A stretch of DNA of 64,000 bases from a virus: positions 22,292-86,291 of IMG/VR virus record IMGVR_UViG_3300045996_000607; one strand, 5' to 3'. Below the pieces are notes generated by a model. The model searched no databases. It saw only the letters and a program-made list of their open reading frames with translations, and was not told where the DNA came from. Position numbers and translations under genes: made by a program. Each line of letters begins with the position of its first letter. The stretch's first letter is position 1. This document shows, in pieces, positions 17,942 to 26,843 of this stretch.

Positions 17942-18246
17942 CCGACGCTGTTGCATCTGAGCGCATCGATCGCGGTCAGCGGGCCACATCGGCGCTGCGT
18001 GAGTTCCTCGATCCGGCGTTCGATGTGGTGATTACCGACTATATGTCCCGCCTGACGCAGATTGCCGCCGAGACGCCGTGGGATACGGGTAAAATCATCA
18101 AGCTGGCGTCGGCCGCGAAGATCGCCGAGCAGGTGCGGGTGCAGATCAAGTCGCTCGTTGCTGACGGTGAGGTAGCGCTGGATGGTGTGCAGCGCGCCCG
18201 GCAGATCGAGGGCATGTCGACCGAGCGGAGGAAGTGGCTCGGGTGA
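17938..18246 (+). CDS. Small head-module protein after portal (similar to 23454-23702)
   Basis: Position and RA..L...LDPAF pattern. Confidence 0.65.
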   Translation: MTDAVASERIDRGQRATSALREFLDPAFDVVITDYMSRLTQIAAETPWDTGKIIKLASAAKIAEQVRVQIKSLVADGEVALDGVQRARQIEGMSTERRKWLG

Positions 18247-18437
18247 CCATCCGCGAGGACATCTCCGACGCGGGGCTGATGCTGTTCGATGGCCAGCCGA
18301 CTGATGGGCAATCAGGCAAGAGCTTGATCCTCACGGACGGCAAGCACTTCGAGATTGTCGAGTTCGATCCTGACAGGGAAAATGAGGAAGCGGTGCTGGC
18401 CGACATGCTGGCGCGGTTCCGGCAACAGCTGAACTAG
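18243..18437 (+). CDS. Hypothetical protein
   Basis: GTGA coupling. Confidence 0.55.
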   Translation: MTIREDISDAGLMLFDGQPTDGQSGKSLILTDGKHFEIVEFDPDRENEEAVLADMLARFRQQLN

Positions 18438-18460
18438 ATTCCCGCACCAGCGGGTGACGC

Positions 18461-18488
18461 AAGGGCTGCTTCTGCGGCCCTTTTTCTT
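18461..18488 (+). terminator. Intrinsic terminator-like hairpin
   Basis: AAGGGCTGC-TTCT-GCGGCCCTTTTT. Confidence 0.65.
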
Positions 18489-18501
18489 TGGAGCAACACA
18501 G

Positions 18502-19443
18502 GTGACCCAGCTTGCAGAAGCAGTCGCCGACGCTCCCGTTCTCGATGATGCGAACGGTGCGACGGCTGATCAGACGAACGCGCCCCTCGATCCCGCATCG
18601 ATGTATCCCGAGGATGCGAAGGAACCAGATGCCGGTGATGAGCCGGAGCAGTCGGACGATGAGCCCGTCGATGACGACCAGACCGACGAAGTGGACGAAC
18701 CGGAAGCGGCCATTGATCCACCCGTTAGCTGGGACAAGGAAGCCAAGGCGAAGTTCGCCCAGCTACCTCCTGACATGCAGGCCTTTCTCGCGGAGCAGGA
18801 CGCCCACCGCAATCGGCAGGTCACCGATGTCACCACCCGCGCAGCGGAGGCCCAGAGGCAGGCGCAAGCCGAACTTCAGGCCAATGTCGCGGAGAGTCAG
18901 CAGTACTACGCCCAGCAAGTTGAGTTGGTCGCACAGCAGTTCCTGCCGCCTGAGCCGAACCCGGCCCAGTTTCAGGACATGCAAAGCTACCTGTACGCCA
19001 AGGACCAGTATGGGCAGGCGCTCGCCCAGCATCAGCAACTGATGCAGCACGCCAGCCAGATCCGTTCACAGGCGGAGCAGCAGCTTCAGCAGCAGCAAAT
19101 CCAGATGCTCCAGCAGGATGCAAAGCGCGTCTCGATCGAGCTGCCAGAGCTGAACGACCAGACCCAATACCAGCAGCTGGTACAGGACCTGACGCCGATC
19201 GCCAAAGAGCTTGGCTACGACGACGAACGCATTGCCCAGGCATGGCCTTCCGACATCCTCGCGATGAAGCGGGTGAAGGGCTGGAAGGACAAGGCCAGCA
19301 AGTGGGACTCGCTCCAGGCTCGCAAGATGGAAGGCGTTCGCTCGGCGAAAGCCCTTCCGAAAGTGTCCGCGCCCGGCGCCGCGGGGACAGCAGCGAGAGC
19401 CGCACCAGTCCCCATCGCCAGGCAGCTTTACCCGAACGACTAA
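18502..19443 (+). CDS. Capsid scaffolding protein, phage A
   Basis: Acidic N-terminus, PPVSW motif, Q-rich coiled coil, precedes the MCP. Confidence 0.75.
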   Translation: MTQLAEAVADAPVLDDANGATADQTNAPLDPASMYPEDAKEPDAGDEPEQSDDEPVDDDQTDEVDEPEAAIDPPVSWDKEAKAKFAQLPPDMQAFLAEQDAHRNRQVTDVTTRAAEAQRQAQAELQANVAESQQYYAQQVELVAQQFLPPEPNPAQFQDMQSYLYAKDQYGQALAQHQQLMQHASQIRSQAEQQLQQQQIQMLQQDAKRVSIELPELNDQTQYQQLVQDLTPIAKELGYDDERIAQAWPSDILAMKRVKGWKDKASKWDSLQARKMEGVRSAKALPKVSAPGAAGTAARAAPVPIARQLYPND

Positions 19444-19455
19444 CAGGAGGCCGCA

Positions 19456-20487
19456 ATGGCGACCATTGGCAATTCCTTTCTGGGAATCATCGACCACTAC
19501 AAGCGGGTAGACCGCAACGGCAACATCATGCCGATCATCGAGGCGCTGCATCAGCTCAATCCGCTCATGCAGGACGCCCACGTCATCGAGGCGAATAACG
19601 GCTCGAGCCACCGTTCCACGATCCGCACGGGGCTTGGTTCCGTTGCGTGGGGCAAGCTCTATCAGGGCATCCTGCAGAGCAAGTCGACCACCCAGCAGGT
19701 GGAAGACACGACCGGCTTTGTCGAGCGCTTGTCGACCATCGACACCCGCTTCCTGAAGCTGGTGAAGGACCCCGCCGGCGAGCGCATGGCGGAAGCCAAC
19801 GCGGCGCTGGAAGCCATCTCGCAGGATGTGCAGTCCAACTTCTTCTACGCGGACTCGAACATCACGCCTGAGCGCTTCAAGGGCCTGGCTGCACGCTACA
19901 ACGCGATTGCGGCGGGCGGTGCAGCCGCTGCCCAGATCGTGGACGGCGGCGGTGTCGGCTCTGACAACACGTCCGTCTGGCTCGTGGGCTGGGGCGCTCC
20001 CGGCACGTCGCTGATCTACCCCGAGGGTACGACCGGCGGCATCCAGCGCGAAGACAAGGGCGAGCAGCGCACGCTCGATGACAACGGCATGCCGTACTTC
20101 GTGAAGGAGGAATATTTCTCCCAGCACGTCGGCGTGAAAGTCGGCGACTGGCGCTACAACGTCCGCATCGCCAACATCGACGTGTCCAACATGCTCGCCG
20201 GCACGGTCGACGTGTATGCGTTGCTGCGGCAGGCCTATTACAAGGCCCATGAGCGCCGCAACACGCGGATGCAGAACGGTGGCATGGTGCAGGGCGTCAA
20301 GCCCGTCATCTACGCAAACCGCGACTTCTTGCAGGCGCTCGATGCGCAGGCGACTAACGACGGGGCGAGCGACAACTTCGTTCGCATGACCCCGGACGAG
20401 ATCGCCGGCAAGGAAATCCCGACCTACCGCGGCATCCCGATCCGCGAGACGGACGCCCTGATCAACGCGGAAGCCCGCGTGGTCTGA
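19456..20487 (+). CDS. Major capsid protein, BPP-1 Bbp17-like
   Basis: GGAGG RBS; PERFKGLAARY, DWRYNVRIANID, GIPIRETDAL; followed by a Bbp16-like cement gene. Confidence 0.85.
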   Translation: MATIGNSFLGIIDHYKRVDRNGNIMPIIEALHQLNPLMQDAHVIEANNGSSHRSTIRTGLGSVAWGKLYQGILQSKSTTQQVEDTTGFVERLSTIDTRFLKLVKDPAGERMAEANAALEAISQDVQSNFFYADSNITPERFKGLAARYNAIAAGGAAAAQIVDGGGVGSDNTSVWLVGWGAPGTSLIYPEGTTGGIQREDKGEQRTLDDNGMPYFVKEEYFSQHVGVKVGDWRYNVRIANIDVSNMLAGTVDVYALLRQAYYKAHERRNTRMQNGGMVQGVKPVIYANRDFLQALDAQATNDGASDNFVRMTPDEIAGKEIPTYRGIPIRETDALINAEARVV

Positions 20488-20511
20488 TCCGGAAAACAGG
20501 AGAATATCGAC

Positions 20512-20943
20512 ATGATTATGGATCGCACGGGCCTGTTTTCCGAGAACCAGGCCGTCACCGCAACCGCCGTATCCACCAATATCATCGATCTTGGTGCGAC
20601 CGGCACTCCCTACGGCTCGTCGTCGGCTCTCGCCCGCGACATCGGCAAGGGTGAAGACGTTCCGCTTTACTGCGGCGTCACCGCTTCGTTCAACAACCTG
20701 ACTTCGCTGACCATCTCGATCGAGACGGACGACAACGCCGGGTTCGCGAGCGCCACCACCGTCTGGACCTCGCCGGCATACACGCTGGCCCAGCTGGCAA
20801 CGGGCGCGCGCTACCTGCTCCCGGATCATCTGCCGGTGGGCGTGAACGAGCGCTACGTCCGGCTTCGGTACACCGTCGCCGGCACCGCCCCCACCTTGGG
20901 CACCATCACGGCCGGCGTCGTGATGTCGCGCCAGTCCAACTAA
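20512..20943 (+). CDS. Capsid cement/decoration protein, Bbp16-like
   Basis: MIMD...FSENQAVTATAVSTNIIDLG...RYVRLRYTV. Confidence 0.8.
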   Translation: MIMDRTGLFSENQAVTATAVSTNIIDLGATGTPYGSSSALARDIGKGEDVPLYCGVTASFNNLTSLTISIETDDNAGFASATTVWTSPAYTLAQLATGARYLLPDHLPVGVNERYVRLRYTVAGTAPTLGTITAGVVMSRQSN

Positions 20944-20946
20944 GGA

Positions 20947-21258
20947 GTGAATGACATGGCAAAGCAGCCAAAGACCTATGTCGCTCCGCACGCGGTCTAC
21001 ACCGGGGGCAAGATGTATGCTCCCGGGGAGCCGTTTGTGACTGCCGATACCCCGGGCGAGCAGTGGGAGACGGTCACCAAGGGCGAGGCAGCCGCAGCGG
21101 AGGCCGCGCAGAAGGGCCCGCCCAACGACGTGCCGCTCGACTCCCTCTCGGGTGCTGCTCTTCAGGCCTATGCGGCCACGAAGAACATTAATCCGAAGGG
21201 TCTCAGCGACAAGGAACTTCGCACGGCGATTGCCGCAGCGGACGAACCCGCCCTCTGA
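20947..21258 (+). CDS. Hypothetical virion-associated protein with SAP/Rho-N-like C-terminus
   Basis: AAGGAG RBS; LQAYAATKNI..KGLSDKEL. Confidence 0.6.
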   Translation: MNDMAKQPKTYVAPHAVYTGGKMYAPGEPFVTADTPGEQWETVTKGEAAAAEAAQKGPPNDVPLDSLSGAALQAYAATKNINPKGLSDKELRTAIAAADEPAL

Positions 21259-21267
21259 GGCAATACC

Positions 21268-21298
21268 GGGGCGACCCGTCAGGGCCGCCCCACCTTTT
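21268..21298 (+). terminator. Intrinsic terminator-like hairpin
   Basis: GGGGCG...CGCCCC then CTTTT. Confidence 0.5.
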
Positions 21299-21325
21299 CC
21301 CGAGCAGCCGAGAGGATCGCGCCTG

Positions 21326-23374
21326 ATGAATGTGCCCGATCTGCGCGCTGCTGTGTCTGTAAATGGCGGAACCCCCACCCGCTATGATATCGTCGGGCTG
21401 TTTCGTCAGCTGGTCACAGCCTATGGTGGGACACCGACGAAATGGTCCATCCGTGAACTTCTGCGGGAGGCGGTGACCGCAGCCGGCGGCACGCCGACGC
21501 AGTGGTCACAGGTTGGGCTCATGCGCGAGCTGGCGGCGGCCTTGGGGGTTGATCCGGGCGAGTATGCCGGGCGCACTCTTTCAGAGATTATCGCAGAGAC
21601 TGCGAAGGGCGGCACCCCCACGCCTACGCCCACTCCCGGCGTGGCTGCTCCGAACTATGCGACGGTCGCCAGCGCCCCGAACGTCGAAGTCTTCCCGCAC
21701 CTGACGACGTTCACCGAGAGCGGCGGGCGCGTGACCGGGTTCACCGATCAGAAGGGCCTGCCCTTCACCTCGCCCGACACAAACGGCCCCGTACTGATGA
21801 CGGATCTGCTGGGCCGCAAGTTCCTGCGCTTCACGGTGTTCACCGGCATTCAGGGAGCATGGTTGCGCAACGCCACGCTTGCGGCGCTGGACACCTATTG
21901 CGCGACATGGATGCTCGTTGGGCGCGTCCACCTTGCCTACAAGCAGGCATTCGTCAGTCACGGCAACAACGGCGCGACGCCGGCCACGAACGGATCTGCA
22001 CAGCTCGGCTGCTCGGGCGGGACCAACGTCATCCCGGGCGCCCCGATGGTCTCGGGCATGACGCCGCTGATCAACACCGCTGTCGCCAACGCTGCCAAAC
22101 TGGAGACCGGCTGCCAGCTTCAGGTCATCGGCAACGCGATCATGGCGAGCGACGGTGTGGGCGGGGCGACCACCTCGGGCACGCTGCACCACTGGCTCAA
22201 CAACGAGGTCGCAAGCCTCGCGATCAGCGGGCAACGCAATGTCGGCCGCACTGGCTTTGAAGTCGGGCGGCGGGCGAATGGCTCGGGCTCGACGTTCGAG
22301 TACGCGTATCTGGACCTCTACTACCTCGCTGGCTGGACGACGGGGCAGTTCACCAATGCGAACGTGCTGGCGCAGTCGACACTGATCGCAGGCATTCTGA
22401 CCAGCAACTGGGCGATCCCGGCGATCACCGATAGCACTATCCTCGGAGGCGATAGCCGCACCGAGCAGAACCAGACCAATGGCGTGTCCATGGCGATGAT
22501 GCTGACCGAGCCGGGTGGCGCAAATGCCCTCGCCACCAGTCACCGCGTGATCAATCTCGGCTATTCGGGCAAGGGATGGCAGACGCAGTACAACGCCACC
22601 GTCCGTCCGACCTCGCCCTATGGCTTCCTGCTGGGCGGCGGCAAGGATCGCGCGGTGTTCGGCGTCGGCCCCGGCGTGAACGACATGACTGCGGCGTCCG
22701 GCTGGCCCAAAACCAACGCAACTGCCGATCCCGGTGCCCTCACGGCTAACGATACCGTGGCGAGAGCGAACGAAGTATACGATACGGCGGGCACTCTGGA
22801 CTCGGTTTTCACCGGCTCGATCAGCGCCGCGGTCCTCACCGTCACTGCCGTGACCAGCGGCGCTATCCGCGTGGGCATGTCGCTCGATGTCAACGGAGGC
22901 ACCCTGTTCATCAACTCGCTTGGCACGGGAACGGGCGGAACTGGAACCTACAACCTGAACACTTCCGCCACGGTGGCATCGCAGACGATCACCGCGCGCC
23001 AGGGTGATGCACGTCGCACCGTGACCAACCTGCTTACGCTCGGCTGGAAGGTAGCGGTTTCGGCAGAGATCAAGAACAACGGCGCGAACGACGCCGGGAG
23101 CCCCTCACCCCTCGACACGCTGCGCGGCAAGCTCCTTGCCATGGCGGCTGATGTTCAGGCCGGCCCGGGTCAGACCTATGACGGCAAGTTCCGCGCGTTC
23201 GACAATCGCGAAATCGTGGTCGGCGGGCTGAAGATCTTCGGCACCGATGCTGTATTCAGCACCGGCTATTACACCGATGGCGTGCATCCGAACGACACGG
23301 GGCGTCCGTTCCTCGTGAGCGGCGGAACCACCCCGCAGCACGGCATCAAGGCCAACATCGAGGCGCTCGTCTGA
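21326..23374 (+). CDS. Virion-associated SGNH/GDSL esterase (N-terminal 20-aa repeats, PT linker, beta-rich domain)
   Basis: GDS, INLGYSG, GVND and DGVHP catalytic blocks; start at ATG 21326. Confidence 0.8.
   Translation: MNVPDLRAAVSVNGGTPTRYDIVGLFRQLVTAYGGTPTKWSIRELLREAVTAAGGTPTQWSQVGLMRELAAALGVDPGEYAGRTLSEIIAETAKGGTPTPTPTPGVAAPNYATVASAPNVEVFPHLTTFTESGGRVTGFTDQKGLPFTSPDTNGPVLMTDLLGRKFLRFTVFTGIQGAWLRNATLAALDTYCATWMLVGRVHLAYKQAFVSHGNNGATPATNGSAQLGCSGGTNVIPGAPMVSGMTPLINTAVANAAKLETGCQLQVIGNAIMASDGVGGATTSGTLHHWLNNEVASLAISGQRNVGRTGFEVGRRANGSGSTFEYAYLDLYYLAGWTTGQFTNANVLAQSTLIAGILTSNWAIPAITDSTILGGDSRTEQNQTNGVSMAMMLTEPGGANALATSHRVINLGYSGKGWQTQYNATVRPTSPYGFLLGGGKDRAVFGVGPGVNDMTAASGWPKTNATADPGALTANDTVARANEVYDTAGTLDSVFTGSISAAVLTVTAVTSGAIRVGMSLDVNGGTLFINSLGTGTGGTGTYNLNTSATVASQTITARQGDARRTVTNLLTLGWKVAVSAEIKNNGANDAGSPSPLDTLRGKLLAMAADVQAGPGQTYDGKFRAFDNREIVVGGLKIFGTDAVFSTGYYTDGVHPNDTGRPFLVSGGTTPQHGIKANIEALV
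21608..22607 (+). repeat. Direct repeat 1 of the SGNH gene body (copy 62995-64000)
   Basis: Mostly synonymous differences; 22481-22607 is identical to 63874-64000. Confidence 0.95.
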
Positions 23375-23453
23375 TGCACTTCTATCGCTCTCCGCCCTTC
23401 ATCATCACTGAGCTCTCGCTGGTGCTGTGGGCGGGGATATTGGGACTGATGAC

Positions 23454-23702
23454 ATGAGCGACACCGAAGCCCGCGCAGCCGCAGCCCGTCAGCTGCTGGA
23501 CAATCCCCTGCTGGCCGAGGCGTTCGCCAACGTGCGGGCCGCAGCGATCGAGGCATGGACCGAAACGAGCGTCATCGACGCCCAGAAGCGCGAGATCGCA
23601 TGGCTGACGGTGAAGGTGGTCGACCGGATCGTCGGTGAACTCGAGAGCGTCATCGTAAACGGCAAGATCGCCGCCCGTCGGGTGCAGGCGCCAGTTCGAT
23701 AG
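23454..23702 (+). CDS. Small head-module protein preceding the scaffold, phage B
   Basis: ARQLLDNPLLAEAF motif, typical of post-portal genes. Confidence 0.7.
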   Translation: MSDTEARAAAARQLLDNPLLAEAFANVRAAAIEAWTETSVIDAQKREIAWLTVKVVDRIVGELESVIVNGKIAARRVQAPVR

Positions 23703-23880
23703 GTGTTGGCCTCTCACCAACTTGGACGTTTCCTTACTGCTCGTGGGCGTAACGTGCGGCTGACGCCGCCGGCCCGTTTCCACTCAAGCGCAGCCTGACC
23801 GCTAGGATGCAACGTCTAAGCAGACACCTCGCGAACTGAGCGCTGAGACTACCACTCTCACCCCTGAGAAGGAACCCAAA

Positions 23881-24897
23881 ATGACAGATACGGCGACCCC
23901 GGAAACGGGACCCGTTGACGCGCCCGCGTCGGCTGAAAGCATTGCTGCCGAACTGATGTCGGGAAACACGGAAGCCCCTGCGAACGAGCTGGAAAGCGTC
24001 ACGCAGGAACTGGTCAATGAGGCCGAAGGGAAAGGCGAAGCCGACGAGGCACCCGCTACCGAGGACGATGCGACCGAACCCGTCGAAGAGGCTGAGAACC
24101 CCGAGGAAAGCTCCCCCGAACAACAGCAGATGGTGACCGTCAAGGTCAACGGCGAGGACCGCGAGGTCCCGCTGGCCGAAGCTCTGGCGGGCTATAGCCG
24201 ACTGGAGGATTACAAAGCGAAAACGGCGGAAGTGGCCGAGCAGCGCCGACAGATCGAGGCCAAGGCTTCGACCATCGAGGCGGACATCAAGGCCCATTAC
24301 GCGAGCCAACTTGAAGAAGCGACCAACCTGTTTGCCCAGTTCGACCCCGTGCTGGCGGAAGCCCGTACGATCAACTGGGAGGCCCTGAAAGCCGCCGACC
24401 CCGCTGCCTTCGTCGCTGCCCAGGATGCCGTCAACGCACGGCTGACTGCCATCCAGCAGATGCAACAGCAGGTCGAGAGCAACCGGACCGCCGCACAACA
24501 GCGACAACAGCAAGAGGCCGAGCAGGAGCGCGCACAGCGCTTCGACAAGGCCGCCGATGCAATCGTGAAGGAAATGCCCGAGCTGGCCGATGAGGCGAAG
24601 TTTCAGGCGTTTGCGACCGACGCTGTCTCTGCACTGCGGGAAAGCGGGTTCAACGATGCCGAAATCGCGGAATCTCTGGACGATCGCGTCCTGAAGCTCG
24701 CGAACGAGGCCCGTCAGTGGCGCGCCCATGTGGCCGCCCAAAAATCGCTCCCTGAAAAGCGTGTCGTTCCCAAGTCCGCGGTGAAGCCGCTGACCACGGA
24801 CGGCTCCGGCTCGCGCGCAAACCCTCCCCGGTTTCCCGGCAACGCTTCGCGCGATCGCAAGGTGGACTGGGTCACCTCCCAACTCCTTGAAGGATAG
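23881..24897 (+). CDS. Capsid scaffolding protein, phage B
   Basis: Acidic N-terminus; VTVKVNGEDREVPL.E...GY.R..DY..KT; INWEALK..DP. Confidence 0.8.
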   Translation: MTDTATPETGPVDAPASAESIAAELMSGNTEAPANELESVTQELVNEAEGKGEADEAPATEDDATEPVEEAENPEESSPEQQQMVTVKVNGEDREVPLAEALAGYSRLEDYKAKTAEVAEQRRQIEAKASTIEADIKAHYASQLEEATNLFAQFDPVLAEARTINWEALKAADPAAFVAAQDAVNARLTAIQQMQQQVESNRTAAQQRQQQEAEQERAQRFDKAADAIVKEMPELADEAKFQAFATDAVSALRESGFNDAEIAESLDDRVLKLANEARQWRAHVAAQKSLPEKRVVPKSAVKPLTTDGSGSRANPPRFPGNASRDRKVDWVTSQLLEG

Positions 24898-24902
24898 TAC
24901 CC

Positions 24903-25859
24903 ATGGCTGTTCCCACGAACACGTTCCTGACGTTCTCCGCCGTCGGCAATCGCGAAGATCTGCTCGACAAGATCACCAACATCTCGCCGGTCGACGTGCC
25001 GTTCACCACCATGGCGGACAGCGCGACGACCAATGGCGTGCTGCACGAGTGGCAGACCGACGCACTCGCTGCCGCCGCCGGTAACGCCCAGCTTCAGGGC
25101 GACGACGTGACGTTCGCGGCGGCAACCCCGACCGCGCGTGTCAGCAACCGCACGCAGATTGCCCGCAAGGAAGTCATCGTGTCGGGCACGCAGGAAGCCG
25201 TCGACAAGGCGGGTCGCAACAGCGAAATCGTCTACCAGATGAGCAAGAAGCGTGACGAGCTGAAGCGCGACAAGGAGTTCATCCTCCTGTCGAACCAGGC
25301 GCCCGTCACCGGCAACTCGTCCACCGCGCCGCAGCTTCGCCCGCTGTGCGGCTGGATCACGACCAACGACTATCGCGGCGCCGGCGGTGCGGACGGCACC
25401 TCGTCGGCCGCAGCAACGGACGGCACCCAGCGGGCACTCACGCTCGCCATGGTGACGACCGCCCAGCAGGCGGCATGGACGCAGGGCGGCAAGCCCACGT
25501 TCCTGCTTTGCGGCCCGGTGCAGCGCGGCAATCTGACCACCGTCATGGGCGGCGCGGCGACCAAGTTCTACGCCGTGGAAGACAAGAAGATGACGGCGAC
25601 GATTCAGGCGTTCGAAGGCGACTTTGGGCTGGTCAAGATCGTCACCGATCGCTTTGTCCGCGGCGGCCAGACCGGCGCCGATCGTGAGATCTTCCTGCTT
25701 GACCCCGATATGTGGGCAGTCGCCTACCTGAAGGGCCGCAAGATGGTCACGCTGGACCTCGCCAAGACCGGCGATTCCGAGAAGGGCGCGGTTCTCACCG
25801 AGTTCACGCTCGAGAGCCGTCAGGAAGCTGCTTCGGCGGCGGTGTTCGACCTCACCTGA
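24903..25859 (+). CDS. Major capsid protein, DUF5309/SU10-like, phage B
   Basis: GNREDL.D.I.NISP.D.PF, HEWQTD, N.TQI, LAKTGDSEK, EFTLE. Confidence 0.85.
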   Translation: MAVPTNTFLTFSAVGNREDLLDKITNISPVDVPFTTMADSATTNGVLHEWQTDALAAAAGNAQLQGDDVTFAAATPTARVSNRTQIARKEVIVSGTQEAVDKAGRNSEIVYQMSKKRDELKRDKEFILLSNQAPVTGNSSTAPQLRPLCGWITTNDYRGAGGADGTSSAAATDGTQRALTLAMVTTAQQAAWTQGGKPTFLLCGPVQRGNLTTVMGGAATKFYAVEDKKMTATIQAFEGDFGLVKIVTDRFVRGGQTGADREIFLLDPDMWAVAYLKGRKMVTLDLAKTGDSEKGAVLTEFTLESRQEAASAAVFDLT

Positions 25860-25881
25860 TAGGCCGCACTTCAACGACAAC

Positions 25882-25915
25882 GGGGCGGGGGAGCAATTCT
25901 CCGCCCCCTTTCTTT
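25882..25915 (+). terminator. Intrinsic terminator after the MCP
   Basis: GGGGCGGGGGA-gcaa-TTCTCCGCCCCC-TTTCTTT. Confidence 0.7.
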
Positions 25916-25926
25916 GGGAGACGCCG

Positions 25927-26265
25927 ATGCGCCGGATGATCGGACAGCATTGGGAAAACGACGTGCGCGTCACGTGGTGGGGCGATCCCGTCACGCACGA
26001 AGTCACGATCGAGCGCTGGCAGGACAATGAGCTTGCCCTCCGCAAGGTCGCCGACATCAATTCCGAAGGTGCGCCAAGTGTCGACGGGCTGGGTCACGCC
26101 GTGATCGAGCTGCCCGTCACCGTCGCTCAGGAATATTGCGCCAAGCGCGGCATTCCTTGGGAAAAGTTCATGTACGGCAACCAGTACGATGCGGAGTACA
26201 AGCGGCTTGCTTCGGAATACAGCCGGCTGACCTATTCCAATCACCGCGCCGTGAAGGCGTCCTGA
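25927..26265 (+). CDS. Hypothetical virion/assembly protein
   Basis: GGGAG RBS; coupled to the adaptor gene. Confidence 0.65.
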   Translation: MRRMIGQHWENDVRVTWWGDPVTHEVTIERWQDNELALRKVADINSEGAPSVDGLGHAVIELPVTVAQEYCAKRGIPWEKFMYGNQYDAEYKRLASEYSRLTYSNHRAVKAS

Positions 26266-26843
26266 TGGCTTATGCGGACCTCCTCGAAGACGTTGAGGAC
26301 ACCCTTGACCGCGACGATGTAGCCACTCGCCTGCCCCGCTGGCTCAAGCTCGTGGAATCGCGCCTCAACCGCCTGCTCGATGATCCTGATATGGAGGTCT
26401 CGACCACGCTGACGGGCGACGGGGCGAGCCTCCCCGCCGATTTCGGCGCGATGGTCTCGATCGGCACGGCGGACGGCAATCGGATTCTGCCGATGGGTTC
26501 TTCCGAATATGCGGCGATCCTGCCAGCCTCGGGCATCTCGCGCTATTACACGATCCGCGAGGGCAAGGTCTATTACACGCCGGGATCGGCAAATGTGACG
26601 CTGGTTTATCGTCGGTCGATCCCGCCGCTGACGGAAGCCGATGACAGCAACTGGCTGCTCGAGCGCGCGCCGGATCTCTATCTTTACGGTGTCCTTTTGC
26701 AGGCGGAAGCATGGGACGCGAACAACGAGCAGGCCGTTGGCTGGAAGTCTCTGTTCGATGAGGCGATTGACGAGCTTCGCGGGGATGGTGCCCGTCGCAA
26801 ATGGGGAGTGGGGCCGATCTCGCCCCGCCTGCGTCGCGCATGA
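26265..26843 (+). CDS. Head-tail adaptor protein
   Basis: Y.DL...L.R.D...E.RLNR.L and NWLL..APDLYLYG.L motifs. Confidence 0.75.
   Translation: MAYADLLEDVEDTLDRDDVATRLPRWLKLVESRLNRLLDDPDMEVSTTLTGDGASLPADFGAMVSIGTADGNRILPMGSSEYAAILPASGISRYYTIREGKVYYTPGSANVTLVYRRSIPPLTEADDSNWLLERAPDLYLYGVLLQAEAWDANNEQAVGWKSLFDEAIDELRGDGARRKWGVGPISPRLRRA

Larger units (their letters stand above)
1..22607. mobile_element. Prophage/phage A, partial (early left arm through head module and SGNH gene)
   Basis: Contiguous lambdoid order: leftward early genes, CI/Cro, replication, Q-like, terS/terL, portal, scaffold, MCP. Left end runs off the window; right boundary is placed within the shared SGNH repeat. Confidence 0.8.

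Noticed and set aside
19066-21378. Long antisense ORFs (also 10660-12129, 24714-26060, 60827-62491)
   Set aside because: Shadows of high-GC coding genes on the opposite strand, with no motifs
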